A stretch of 64,000 nucleotides of DNA from Dehalococcoidia bacterium (lineage in GTDB: Bacteria > Chloroflexota > Dehalococcoidia > Dehalococcoidales > Fen-1064). This document shows, in pieces, positions 53,579 to 62,578 of the stretch (positions are counted from its first letter, which is position 1; the number at the start of each line of letters is the position of its first letter). The stretch spans positions 1,777 through 65,776 of the forward strand of contig DUFD01000017.1 of assembly GCA_011171075.1 (NCBI GenBank), written 5' to 3'. Made by a program: the position numbers and the translations under genes. The notes beneath the pieces are model-generated. The model had not been told where the DNA came from, ran no database searches, and saw only the letters and a program-made list of their open reading frames with translations.

Positions 53579-54619
53579 ATGAGCAATACGATGCGGGTGG
53601 CCATGTGGTACAACAACCGGGACGTGCGTATCGAGGAGGTGCCTGTCCCGGAAATCGGGCCCGGCGAGCTGCTGGTACGCATCGAGGCCAGCGGTATCTG
53701 CGGCAGCGATGTCATGGAGTGGTACCGCCTCGACCGTGCCCCGCTGGTGCTGGGCCACGAGATCGGCGGACAGGTCGTCGAGATGGGCGAGGGTGTGTAC
53801 AATTACCAGGTGGGCGACCGTGTCACAGCAGCCCATCATGTCCCCTGCAATGTTTGCCACTACTGCCTGACCGGCCACCATACCGCCTGCGAGACCCTGC
53901 GTCAGACGAATTTCCACCCGGGCGGCTTCGCCGAGTACGTCCGCCTGCCGGAAATCAATGTCGACCGCGGGGTGTTCCTGTTACCCGATAACATATCTTA
54001 TGAAGAGGCTGCTTTTGTTGAGCCACTGGCCTGCGTACTGCGCGGGCAGAGGATTGCCCGTGTAGCTCCGGGCAGCAGCGTGCTCGTCATCGGCAGCGGG
54101 ATTGCCGGACTGCTCCACGTAATGCTGGCCCACAGCCTGGGGGCGGGGCGGATAATAGCCACCGATATCAGTCATTACCGTCTGGAAGCAGCAAAACGTT
54201 TCGGGGCCAATGATACCATTCACGCCAGCGAAGACGTACCGGCCCGACTCCGCGACATTAATGGCGGGCGCCTGGCCGACACCGTTATCGTCTGCACCGG
54301 TGTCGCTCCCGCCATCGAGCAGGCACTTCACTGTGTGGACCGCGGGGGGACTGTCCTACTCTTTGCCCCCACCGACCCAGGTGTCACCATCCCGCTATCG
54401 ATAAACGACCTTCTCTTCCGTAACGACATCACCATCACCACCTCTTATGCCGGCAGCCCGGCCGATTACCAGACCGCCGTTGACCTGATTGCCGCCGGTA
54501 CCGTGCCGGTGCGCCAGATGATAACCCACCGCTTCGGGCTGGCAGATACTCAGGAAGGTTTCCGTCTGGTCGATGAAGCGGATGAGTCCATCAAGGTCAT
54601 CATCGAGCCACAGAGATAG
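53579..54619 (+). CDS. zinc-dependent medium-chain alcohol/polyol dehydrogenase
   Basis: GICGSD..., GHEIGG, structural-Zn Cys cluster C..C..C..G....C, and Rossmann motif VIGSGIAG. Confidence 0.85.
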   Translation: MSNTMRVAMWYNNRDVRIEEVPVPEIGPGELLVRIEASGICGSDVMEWYRLDRAPLVLGHEIGGQVVEMGEGVYNYQVGDRVTAAHHVPCNVCHYCLTGHHTACETLRQTNFHPGGFAEYVRLPEINVDRGVFLLPDNISYEEAAFVEPLACVLRGQRIARVAPGSSVLVIGSGIAGLLHVMLAHSLGAGRIIATDISHYRLEAAKRFGANDTIHASEDVPARLRDINGGRLADTVIVCTGVAPAIEQALHCVDRGGTVLLFAPTDPGVTIPLSINDLLFRNDITITTSYAGSPADYQTAVDLIAAGTVPVRQMITHRFGLADTQEGFRLVDEADESIKVIIEPQR

Positions 54620-55438
54620 CTATTCGATACAGGGATGTCGCCTCAGGAAGTCAATGATCACATTAGCGCTCTGTTCAACCGCCTCAAGGAAAAAACCGTG
54701 ACCTATCCCCTCCAGCATAACAAGTTCGGCATTGGGTATCCTCGAAGCAAGCAGCCTTGAATTCTCTGGAGAAACCATCTTATCGGTATCCCCGCAAAGA
54801 ACCAGGGTGGGAGCTTTAATCTCGGGGAGACGGCCATAGTTATCATAGTTTATTATAGCTTCGTACTGAGCTATCAGAGCATGGATAGGCGTAATATATT
54901 CCGTTACCTTCGTAATATACTGGTCAACAATATCTTTTTCGCTTCTGATGAACTCTTGACTAACCAAGAAATTAAGCATTTCCCTCTCATGCTCTTCAGG
55001 CGTCTGCTGCTGGATAAGCTCAAAGTCGTGCAGGAAGTTTCCAGCGGGTTTATCCAACTTAACAAGGTTGGGAATTCCGCAGTGAGTGCCCCCCAAGATA
55101 AGACTCGATACCCTCTCCGGGTAGCGAAGAACAAGCTGTTGGGCGATGCACCCGCCCATAGAGATGCCAAAGATATGAGCAGTATTAATGCCGACAGCAT
55201 CAAGCAATCCGGCGACATCATTTGCCATAATCTCCATTGTATAGGGGATATCGGGCTTACCACTTTGACCGGTGCCCCGATTGTCGAAAGCGACTACACT
55301 GTATTCTAGGGATAATAAAGGAATCAACCGAAACCAATGCCCTATATGACCACCATATCCCATAATCAGGACTAGCGGTTCGCCCTCTCCGTGAGTTTCG
55401 TAGTAGATGTTAACGTCACCTACTTTAACTGTGGGCAT
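54620..55438 (-). CDS. alpha/beta hydrolase (copy 1)
   Basis: HG.GEPLVLIMGYGG, nucleophile elbow GISMGG, and C-terminal GHGFFLE. Confidence 0.85.
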   Translation of the reverse strand: MPTVKVGDVNIYYETHGEGEPLVLIMGYGGHIGHWFRLIPLLSLEYSVVAFDNRGTGQSGKPDIPYTMEIMANDVAGLLDAVGINTAHIFGISMGGCIAQQLVLRYPERVSSLILGGTHCGIPNLVKLDKPAGNFLHDFELIQQQTPEEHEREMLNFLVSQEFIRSEKDIVDQYITKVTEYITPIHALIAQYEAIINYDNYGRLPEIKAPTLVLCGDTDKMVSPENSRLLASRIPNAELVMLEGIGHGFFLEAVEQSANVIIDFLRRHPCIE

Positions 55439-55447
55439 TTTGCCCTC

Positions 55448-56251
55448 CTAAGTCATTCGGTGTCGCCTCAGGAAGTCCAGCGTTATCCGGTCTGGTTCAT
55501 CTCCTGCCTCGATGAGTATATGTCCCGCACCCGGGAATATCACCAGTTCGGCGTTCGGTATCCTTGACGCCATAATACGAGCGTTTTCTACCGGGACCAA
55601 CCGGTCGGCATCCCCGTGGATTATCAGAGTAGGCGCTTTGATCTCCGGCAGGCGCTCGTAAATATCGGTAGTACAGGACACCTGCTGTTGTCTCCTGATA
55701 CCCTGTGAAGAGGCATACTGTTTCAGCCGCTCGGTCTTCATTCTTTGTATGACGCCCGGATTTCTGGCAGCGAACTCCGGTGTCACACACAACCGCATCA
55801 TGGTTTCGGCCCTTTCTTCAGGGTCTGCCATCGCCGGACTGGAAAGAATCTTCGCAACCTCAGCATCCGGCTCGACCATGTGCGGGCCCCCGCAATGTGT
55901 CACGGATAAAACGAGGCTTCTCACCCTATCAGGATAAAACAGGGCAAATAACTGGGCTATGCCTCCCCCAAGCGATGCACCAAAAACATGCGCTGAACTA
56001 ATATCAATGGCATCAAGTAATCCGGCAACATCTCCGGCCATCATCTCCATGGTATAGGGAATATCGGGGGCATCAGTCCGGCCTGCCCCCCTATTATCAA
56101 AAAAAACCAAACGATATTCTGGAGAGTATATCGGGATTAGCTCGGTGTAAATCTCGGTGGTCACGGCAGCGCCATTTATCATGACCAGCGGCTCTCCATT
56201 TCCATGTATCTCATAATACATATTGATATCGCCGACCTTTACCACAGGCAT
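55448..56251 (-). CDS. alpha/beta hydrolase (copy 2, tandem paralog)
   Basis: MPVVKVGDINMYYEIHGNGEPLV.., GASLGG, GAGHILIE. The N-terminus parallels copy 1. Confidence 0.85.
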   Translation of the reverse strand: MPVVKVGDINMYYEIHGNGEPLVMINGAAVTTEIYTELIPIYSPEYRLVFFDNRGAGRTDAPDIPYTMEMMAGDVAGLLDAIDISSAHVFGASLGGGIAQLFALFYPDRVRSLVLSVTHCGGPHMVEPDAEVAKILSSPAMADPEERAETMMRLCVTPEFAARNPGVIQRMKTERLKQYASSQGIRRQQQVSCTTDIYERLPEIKAPTLIIHGDADRLVPVENARIMASRIPNAELVIFPGAGHILIEAGDEPDRITLDFLRRHRMT

Positions 56252-56429
56252 ATCAGCACACCTCCACTCACCAGAGTAGAGAGAGCATAAACCACCAGTT
56301 CAGCCATGTCAAGGCACAAAAAGCGGAGTAATATGAAGGAAAATGCCGATTTTGACCTAATTTACCCTTGACATCGGCCAGAGAATAGCTTACCCTAATG
56401 AAGATTATCTCATTAAGGGGGGAGCACCG

Positions 56430-56570
56430 ATGGAAGCATACTGCATGAAGTGTCGCGCTAAGAGAGAAATGAAAGACACCAAAGCCATTACCATGAAGAA
56501 TGGTAAACCAGCCACTCAGGGCGTCTGCCCAAGATGCGGCACCAAGATGTTCCGCATTGGCAAAGGCTAG
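56430..56570 (+). CDS. DUF5679-type small zinc-ribbon protein (below the ORF-track length cutoff)
   Basis: Hand translation: MEAYCMKCRAKREMKDTKAITMKNGKPATQGVCPRCGTKMFRIGKG*. GGGGGGAG SD upstream, and a hairpin follows. Confidence 0.65.
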   Translation: MEAYCMKCRAKREMKDTKAITMKNGKPATQGVCPRCGTKMFRIGKG

Positions 56571-56606
56571 AGCCAGAACAGCCTCAGAACACTGCTGATT
56601 ACGATT

Positions 56607-56633
56607 ACAGCGCCGGTGTAATGCCGGCGCTGT
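56607..56633. terminator. hairpin between convergent DUF5679 and msrB genes
   Basis: ACAGCGCCGG-TGTAATG-CCGGCGCTGT (10-bp stem). No U-tract on either side. Confidence 0.4.
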
Positions 56634-56671
56634 CGATTACCTGATAAGAGACCTGCCGAGCAGCTCATTAC

Positions 56672-57079
56672 CTATGTTTTCTCCTTCTCCTCTGTGCTGA
56701 AGTCGAGCGCTATCGAGTTCATGCAATAGCGCTGACCTTCCGGCAGTGGACCGTCATCGAATACATGACCAAGGTGGGCATCACAGCGCGCGCACCTGAC
56801 CTCGGTGCGGGCCATACCAAGGCTATTATCCGGTGCCGTTTCCACCGACTCTGGTGAAATTGGCAAGCGGAAACTCGGCCAACCGGTACCAGAATCATAC
56901 TTTGCCTCGGAGCTGAACAGCCTGTTGCCACAGCACACACAAGTGTAGACACCCTTGTCCTTGGAATTGTAGTACCTACCGGAGAAAGCAGGTTCGGTAC
57001 CGCCACAACGGGCGACCTCGTACTGCTCGGGCGTTAGCTGCCGGCGCCACTCGCCGTCGCTTTTTACCACTTTTTCCAT
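56672..57079 (-). CDS. msrB: peptide-methionine (R)-S-oxide reductase
   Basis: CxxC pairs (YTCVCCG.., [13 protein letters not shown]), GTGWPSF, and ..RYCMNS. Confidence 0.9.
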   Translation of the reverse strand: MEKVVKSDGEWRRQLTPEQYEVARCGGTEPAFSGRYYNSKDKGVYTCVCCGNRLFSSEAKYDSGTGWPSFRLPISPESVETAPDNSLGMARTEVRCARCDAHLGHVFDDGPLPEGQRYCMNSIALDFSTEEKEKT

Positions 57080-57100
57080 ATTTTCACCCTGAAAAGCTTC

Positions 57101-57478
57101 TTAGCCCACGGGCACCAGGTACAGCTTACCGCCCTCACCGGCCTCTTTGACCATTTCCGAGTGCATCAGGGGTACGAGCTGGACCTTCAACTCTGTCTCA
57201 GAGAGTCCCAGCCCTTCCATCACCTCTTCCCTGGTCACCCTGCCCCTACTCTTAACAAAATCGTAGACACTCCGTTCGAGCTCGGTGAGTTTTTCAGCGC
57301 GCTTCATACCCGGCTGTACTCCGGAACGCTTGTCGACATAGGTCGCCCACGGGTCACACTCCTTCATCGACAGTCCGGTGTCCATCAGGCAGTCTTCACA
57401 AAATACCTTGCCCTGATATATGTAGCTCTGGTTCTCGGTCAGTTCGCGATGACAACGGTTACACTCCACGGTTATCAC
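57101..57478 (-). CDS. zinc-ribbon + winged-helix small protein (hypothetical regulator)
   Basis: N-terminal CNRC..(x17)..CEDC. C-terminal wHTH-like LTELERSVYDFVKSRGRVTREEVMEGLGLSETEL. Confidence 0.45.
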   Translation of the reverse strand: MITVECNRCHRELTENQSYIYQGKVFCEDCLMDTGLSMKECDPWATYVDKRSGVQPGMKRAEKLTELERSVYDFVKSRGRVTREEVMEGLGLSETELKVQLVPLMHSEMVKEAGEGGKLYLVPVG

Positions 57479-57638
57479 CCCCCTACCTCATAATGTACCT
57501 GCCCTATTTTACCATTACTCATACAAGTGCCATCAAGCAGCCATTTAATCCCGCAGTATATATTAATCATTATGTTAATCAGATACATTATTGCGCCCCG
57601 GAATCAAGCCAAGTATAATGAGCCTGAGGTCAACCACA

Positions 57639-58484
57639 ATGTCCCCTTTGGATTTCCCCAGAAGCGTTCTGGTAGAGACTACCCTGCGGTGTCCGGCCGA
57701 CTGTATCTTCTGTCCCAATAAGAAGATAACCGACCGTCCCATAGATATGCCCTGGGAACTGTTCACAAAGATAGTTGACGATTGCCGGGGAAAAGGTGTT
57801 ACAGAGTTTCATCCCTTCATAAACGGCGAGCCGCTGGCCAGCCCTTACCTGGAAGATTCCCTCGATTATATTTCTCGAAATTTACCAGAAGCAGCTGTTC
57901 ACATTTACACTAACGGCTATCTCCTTGATGATTCAACGGCTTCGATTTTGCTGCGGTGTCGCAATGTACGCGAGGTCCACTTCTCCATCGACGGTTTCTC
58001 CAAGCAGGTCTATGAACAGCACCGTCGTGGACTTGTCTACGAGCGTGTAATCGCAAATGTCAGGAGCTTCCTGGACAGGCTCAGGCATCATCCGGAACGG
58101 ATAGCCACGCGTGTGGTCTTCACCATGACGCCCGATAACGAAGGAGAGGTAACGGCCTTCCGCCGCTTCTGGGATGGGCTGGTTGATATGGTTGATGTGT
58201 TGCCGTGTGATGGCCGTGGAGGCGAAGGCCGGTTACCGGCTTTTATGGATGCACAAAGGCTCGGCTGTTTCCAGGTTACGGACCGCACTTATATTCTATC
58301 TGATGGTACTGTAGTGCTTTGCTGCAAGGACTGGGCTGGCTATACGGCGCTCGGGAACGTAAAAGATGAGTCACTGCAGTCTATCTGGAACTCCCCGGAG
58401 TACCGACGCCTGCGTGACGATATAGGCCAGGGTAGAATCGCCGATTGCGAGGTCTGCCGCCGGTGCGTGTCCGATAAGCTTTAG
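57639..58484 (+). CDS. radical SAM protein with SPASM/twitch-type C-terminal domain
   Basis: CPADCIFC (CxxxCxxC). C-terminal C-x12-G-x4-CC ... CEVCRRC. The start is ambiguous (TTG 57591, ATG 57618, ATG 57639). I prefer 57639 because of GAGG ~10 nt upstream. Confidence 0.8.
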   Translation: MSPLDFPRSVLVETTLRCPADCIFCPNKKITDRPIDMPWELFTKIVDDCRGKGVTEFHPFINGEPLASPYLEDSLDYISRNLPEAAVHIYTNGYLLDDSTASILLRCRNVREVHFSIDGFSKQVYEQHRRGLVYERVIANVRSFLDRLRHHPERIATRVVFTMTPDNEGEVTAFRRFWDGLVDMVDVLPCDGRGGEGRLPAFMDAQRLGCFQVTDRTYILSDGTVVLCCKDWAGYTALGNVKDESLQSIWNSPEYRRLRDDIGQGRIADCEVCRRCVSDKL

Positions 58485-59128
58485 GCGCTATTTGCCTTGT
58501 GCCCCTTCACAATCAGCATGATGTGCTGCGGTACTATCTCCTGCGTTTCCGCAATCTCGCCGGTGTGCTCCGTCATGATTTTATCGATAGTGAGTGTGAC
58601 CTCGGGTAACTCCGTGTTGTAGTCGTGGAAACCAAGGACACCGCCTTCGACCAGATTTTGCCAGATAATATGAAAATCGTTACGTACGTAGTCCGGATGG
58701 TGATTACCATCAATAAAACCGAAGATAAACTTCTGCTCCGGAGGAAAGGAGACCGCCTTCGAGTCCTGTCTGATAGTGACAATGTTGTCCAGACCTCGGA
58801 CAGCTTCCTCATAGACATCAAGCTGTGAACGCCCTTGGAGGAAAGCCAGGTAAATATCGGACATCCTGATACCATCGGGCGTTGCCGTATCGTCGACGTC
58901 GGGATTAAAGATGTCAATGGCGAAAATGCGTTTGTCGTGCTTACGAGCATACCTGGCCAGCTTGGCAGTACCGCCACCCACGAAGGAACCGATTTCAACC
59001 AGGTCCCCCTCCAGCCTGTGCAGCGAGCGTGCCTCTATAAAATCAAGTAGTACCTCATAGCCAACGAAGTCAATGGCTAGAGCTTTTCTGGGGTACAGAT
59101 TTCGTAGGAATTGGCGTAGACTCTGCAT
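58481..59128 (-). CDS. class I SAM-dependent methyltransferase (Methyltransf_24/CmcI-TylF-like)
   Basis: DLVEIGSFVGGGT motif I, FAIDIF, FIDGNHH, and GGVLGFHDY. Confidence 0.7.
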   Translation of the reverse strand: MQSLRQFLRNLYPRKALAIDFVGYEVLLDFIEARSLHRLEGDLVEIGSFVGGGTAKLARYARKHDKRIFAIDIFNPDVDDTATPDGIRMSDIYLAFLQGRSQLDVYEEAVRGLDNIVTIRQDSKAVSFPPEQKFIFGFIDGNHHPDYVRNDFHIIWQNLVEGGVLGFHDYNTELPEVTLTIDKIMTEHTGEIAETQEIVPQHIMLIVKGHKANSA

Positions 59129-59139
59129 CTGGGTCTATC

Positions 59140-60150
59140 TTAGAGAAGATTCAGTATGGTCGATTCGGAGTCGGCAAGTACTGCCAGTATTACGCCGGCG
59201 GCTGTCCAGGTGGTCTTTTCGTCCGGGGGATATATTATTTCCTCCGGTAGCCTGATTCCCGTCCAGAAACCGCCGTCTGTGTCCTGCATCGGCAGTACCC
59301 AGTCCAGCAGGGTATCGGCTACTTCGATTTCACCAATACCGACCAGTGCCATCGCCAGCTCACAGGTCTCGGCAACGGTAACCCAAGGCTGGTCAAGCGA
59401 ACATTTGCATCCCCAGCCATCGACGACAAACTCCGGCCACTGTCCCGCAAGGTGCTGGACAGCCTCTTCGCCAGAGACCATCCCCGTGAGTACAGGATAG
59501 TACCAGTTCATTGCATAACCACGCCGGTTATCACCTTGGACATCGAAAAGTTCGGGGTGTTCCCTGATAGCCCAGGCCAACCTAGTGGTTGCCCTCTCCC
59601 AGTCTGGGCGGTCAGACCCAAGCGTCCCGGCAATCTTTACCGCGCTGGTGATGCTCTGACAGATGCAACTCGAGCCCGTCAGCGGTGCACTCGGCCAGGG
59701 TATGTCCTGATAATCGAGTGCCCAGTAGACTTCCCCGGTCGGCTGTTGCAGGCTCAGCGTGAAATCGATGCCCTTTTCCACCACCGGCCACATATCATGG
59801 AGAAATCGTTTATCTCTGGTTACCACATAGTGGAGCCACACCCCGCTGGCTACATAGGCGCTGTGGTTGGTGTCCTTGGCAGGCTCCTTCCGTTGATCGT
59901 CATGGTAGGTATACCACCAGCTCCCGTCAGGGTTCTGTATTTCGGCCAACCAGCGATAAGCCTTCACGGCAGGCTCATGCATCCCGCACATGTCCAGAGC
60001 AATGGCACACTCGACGTGGTCCCAGGGGTCGGTCACGCCGTTCTCATACCAGGGGATAGCGCCGGAAGGCAGCTGGCGGGCAACAATGAATTCACCGATA
60101 TTATCGATAAAACGCCGCAGGTGCGAAGTCGTCATCCTGGAGCTAAGCAT
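59140..60150 (-). CDS. alpha/alpha-toroid protein (prenyltransferase/squalene-oxidase-repeat-like)
   Basis: Repeated ..Q..DGSW/GGFW.. motifs (QLPSGAIPWY, QNPDGSWWYTY, QQPTGEVYWA, QDTDGGFWTG). I prefer the start at 60150 (GGGGGGA SD, 8-nt overlap with the upstream stop). The listed 467-aa ORF is over-extended. Confidence 0.5.
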   Translation of the reverse strand: MLSSRMTTSHLRRFIDNIGEFIVARQLPSGAIPWYENGVTDPWDHVECAIALDMCGMHEPAVKAYRWLAEIQNPDGSWWYTYHDDQRKEPAKDTNHSAYVASGVWLHYVVTRDKRFLHDMWPVVEKGIDFTLSLQQPTGEVYWALDYQDIPWPSAPLTGSSCICQSITSAVKIAGTLGSDRPDWERATTRLAWAIREHPELFDVQGDNRRGYAMNWYYPVLTGMVSGEEAVQHLAGQWPEFVVDGWGCKCSLDQPWVTVAETCELAMALVGIGEIEVADTLLDWVLPMQDTDGGFWTGIRLPEEIIYPPDEKTTWTAAGVILAVLADSESTILNLL

Positions 60151-60871
60151 CGGTATCCCCCCAATGGTTCTTGCGAGCATAGAGGACGACACTCTTGGCA
60201 GTAAGGGGATTGAGCATTTTCTCAAGCAAACGAACTGGCCTTGTCCCGGTCGTGATATCCCAGACGAGGAAGCGATGGTAGAGAGCTGGAATACGTGCGT
60301 CTCTCCGGTTGATGCCGAAGATACAGCGAAGTAGCCAGTAGAAGAAGTGGAGGCCATGTTTGCGGCGACTGGTAAAAACATGGAGTCCGTTCTCCTGCAA
60401 CAGGGTGACAAGCTGCCGAAAACGGTATTTGCGGACGTGCCCCCCGGGCTGATTGCGGTATTCCGGTGATATTCTCCAGTATATGGCCTCGCTGAAGTAG
60501 GTGGGCACGCTGATGGCCAGGGTACCGTCGTCTTTGAGAACACGGGTCAGCTCACGTATTGCCTGCTGGTCATCAGGGACGTGCTCCAGCACTTCGGAAC
60601 AGATGACTTTATCGAAATGGGTATCCTTGAAGGGTAGTCGCAGGGCATCCCCTCTACAGACAGACCAGTTAGCCCGGGACTCTCCTGCCTGCTCCATAAG
60701 GTTCAGGAGGTAGTGCGTCTTGGCTACGTTTTCCGGGTCAATGTCCAGGGCACAAACGGTGCATTCGGTCTCCTTGCACGCCTGCGAAGCGTGTCTCCCC
60801 TCACCACAGCCAACATCGAGCAGCCGTTCGCCCTCTTGGAGCCGCAGCAGGTCATAGTCAACTGTGAGCAT
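60143..60871 (-). CDS. class I SAM-dependent methyltransferase (Methyltransf_11-like)
   Basis: LLDVGCGEGRH motif I, ALDID, FDKVICSEVLEHV, and DDGTLAISVP. The start MLTVDYD at 60871 overlaps the GT4 stop by 14 nt. Confidence 0.85.
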   Translation of the reverse strand: MLTVDYDLLRLQEGERLLDVGCGEGRHASQACKETECTVCALDIDPENVAKTHYLLNLMEQAGESRANWSVCRGDALRLPFKDTHFDKVICSEVLEHVPDDQQAIRELTRVLKDDGTLAISVPTYFSEAIYWRISPEYRNQPGGHVRKYRFRQLVTLLQENGLHVFTSRRKHGLHFFYWLLRCIFGINRRDARIPALYHRFLVWDITTGTRPVRLLEKMLNPLTAKSVVLYARKNHWGDTDA

Positions 60872-62096
60872 CCAGAAGCTCCTCGTATACCCGGACGGTA
60901 TTGACGGCTGTCTGACGCCATGAGAAGTTTTCCAGAACACGCTGCCTGCCGGTATTCCCCATGTTACTGCCAAGTTGTTTATCAAGGAGCAGACACTTAA
61001 GGGCTGCTGCCAGGTTATCCGGGTCTGCCGGCGGTACCAGGAGACCGGCTTTACCATCTTTACCCACCACTTCTGGCAGGGCACCGGCATTTGTCGAAAC
61101 TATCGGTAGACCACAGGACATCGCTTCTGCCGCGGGGAGTCCAAATCCCTCGTAGAGGGACGGGACAACAGCTATCTCGGTGCTGGCATAGAGCCGGGCC
61201 AGTTCGTCCTTATCTATCTTTCCGGTAAATGTTACGGCATCCGCAAGTCCGTGTTTCCGAATGAGGCGGGTCGGTTCACCATCCGGCGAACCGTTACCGA
61301 CCACGGTAAGCTTCGCCGGGATTTCCTGTCTGACCTTATGGAGGGCTTCCAGCAGGAAAGGGAGGCCCTTAATATGCCCGTTACCGCTACTAACCATTAT
61401 CAGGCTATTAGGCTCCTTGGGGAATTTGCCATTATTGTCAAAGAAGTCAGAGTCAACGCCATTAAGGATGACCCGGAGAACGTTACGTCTGACCTTAAGG
61501 ATACGGTGGATATCTTCGGCTGAGTTCTCAGAGACGGTTATAATCCGGTCCAGATTCCGGGATACCCGGTTTTGCATACCGATAAATGAGTAGAACCTCA
61601 TCAACCGGAACCTGTCCCAGAGGTTTTTTGCCTGGGACAGTGCCAGGCGACGGTCTACAGGTATCGGGTGGTGGATAGTGGCCACCACTGGTACCCCGAG
61701 GCGCTTCATCAGAAGCACTCCCCAGCCGAGACACTGGTTATCGTGGATGATATCGAACTTCACCTCTGGCATTAGAGCTCGTAGATGGTTATAAGCGCGG
61801 ATGCTGAAGGTAAATGGCTCAGGAAATGTGCCCAGAGATACCGCCAGGAATTCATACAGGCGCAGGGGATTGCGCAGGCGTGGAATCTCCTGCCACCACC
61901 TGCGCGTCGACTCATACAGGTTCAGGCTTTCCAGCTTGTGTACCGTGATACCATCAGCGACCTCAGGATAGGGTGGACCGGACAACACATGTACCTCATG
62001 CCCCAGTTTCTGGAGCTCTCTCGAGAGATAATAGATATATATGCCCTGCCCGCCGCTGTACGGATTGCCTCTATAGGATAAAAGACAGATTCTCAA
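60858..62096 (-). CDS. glycosyltransferase family 4
   Basis: N-terminal ..GGQGIYIYYLSRELQKLGHEVHV.. and C-terminal E(x7)E region ..PSLYEGFGLPAAEAMSCGLPIV. Confidence 0.9.
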   Translation of the reverse strand: MRICLLSYRGNPYSGGQGIYIYYLSRELQKLGHEVHVLSGPPYPEVADGITVHKLESLNLYESTRRWWQEIPRLRNPLRLYEFLAVSLGTFPEPFTFSIRAYNHLRALMPEVKFDIIHDNQCLGWGVLLMKRLGVPVVATIHHPIPVDRRLALSQAKNLWDRFRLMRFYSFIGMQNRVSRNLDRIITVSENSAEDIHRILKVRRNVLRVILNGVDSDFFDNNGKFPKEPNSLIMVSSGNGHIKGLPFLLEALHKVRQEIPAKLTVVGNGSPDGEPTRLIRKHGLADAVTFTGKIDKDELARLYASTEIAVVPSLYEGFGLPAAEAMSCGLPIVSTNAGALPEVVGKDGKAGLLVPPADPDNLAAALKCLLLDKQLGSNMGNTGRQRVLENFSWRQTAVNTVRVYEELLDAHS

Positions 62097-62502
62097 CTGT
62101 ATCCGCTCTTCTCCGTTATCACGGTATACGCTGGTACATCAATATGCCAATGTACCGCCAGCCCTGAAGAGGCACGAAGCGGATAAATAATACTACGAGA
62201 AAACACGAAATGCAAGTCGGAATGCATATTTATATGGAACTCTGTCCCACTTTTCCAATGCAAATCGTATCCCCTCAATCAATATTTCCGGTACAATACG
62301 CTCACCTTTGCCCACGTGACTCTCTTTATATGTTGGAAATCCCTTCCGCCAAACTGCCCCCTCACCGTTTCTTGTAGTCCGCAAGTGCGTCTCGCTTGAT
62401 TTTCCTCTCGCGGACTGGACAGAAGACTATAAAATCGATGTCTCCTGCCTGTCCTGACTGCTACTTACGTCAGTGATTGACAATACTGCAAAACTATAGG
62501 AC

Positions 62503-62525
62503 AATAGTTAATATAATTAACTATT
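62503..62525. promoter_or_regulatory. perfect 10-3-10 palindrome (candidate MarR operator) containing TATAAT
   Basis: AATAGTTAAT-ATA-ATTAACTATT (62503-62525). TATAAT at 62512-62517. It lies ~55 nt upstream of the MarR ATG. Confidence 0.5.
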
Positions 62526-62578
62526 TTGATAGGAAACTATTCTCTTTGGCAACCAATTATGCTCAAGGAGTGCCTGAA

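Noticed and set aside
57479-57721. Possible RiPP precursor peptide next to the radical-SAM/SPASM gene (for example the 64-aa ORF 57527..57721).
   Set aside because: That ORF overlaps the rSAM start in another frame and is hydrophobic and low-complexity. It has no Cys/Gly-rich core or leader-like motif. The cluster context (GT4, methyltransferases) fits small-molecule or glycan chemistry better.
59140-61090. The listed 467-aa and 315-aa ORFs taken at face value, which would imply ~400-nt and ~230-nt gene overlaps.
   Set aside because: The N-terminal extensions are low-complexity read-through of the upstream genes in another frame. Internal starts with SD sequences (60150 and 60871) give proteins beginning at the conserved domains. 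The same reasoning applies to 12755 (mfd), 34467 (RR1), 18261 (rph) and 13993 (proB).
62193-62384. 63-aa ORF in the long region upstream of the GT4 operon.
   Set aside because: It has no SD, no recognisable motif, and lies in AT-rich sequence. It is more likely part of the promoter/leader region.
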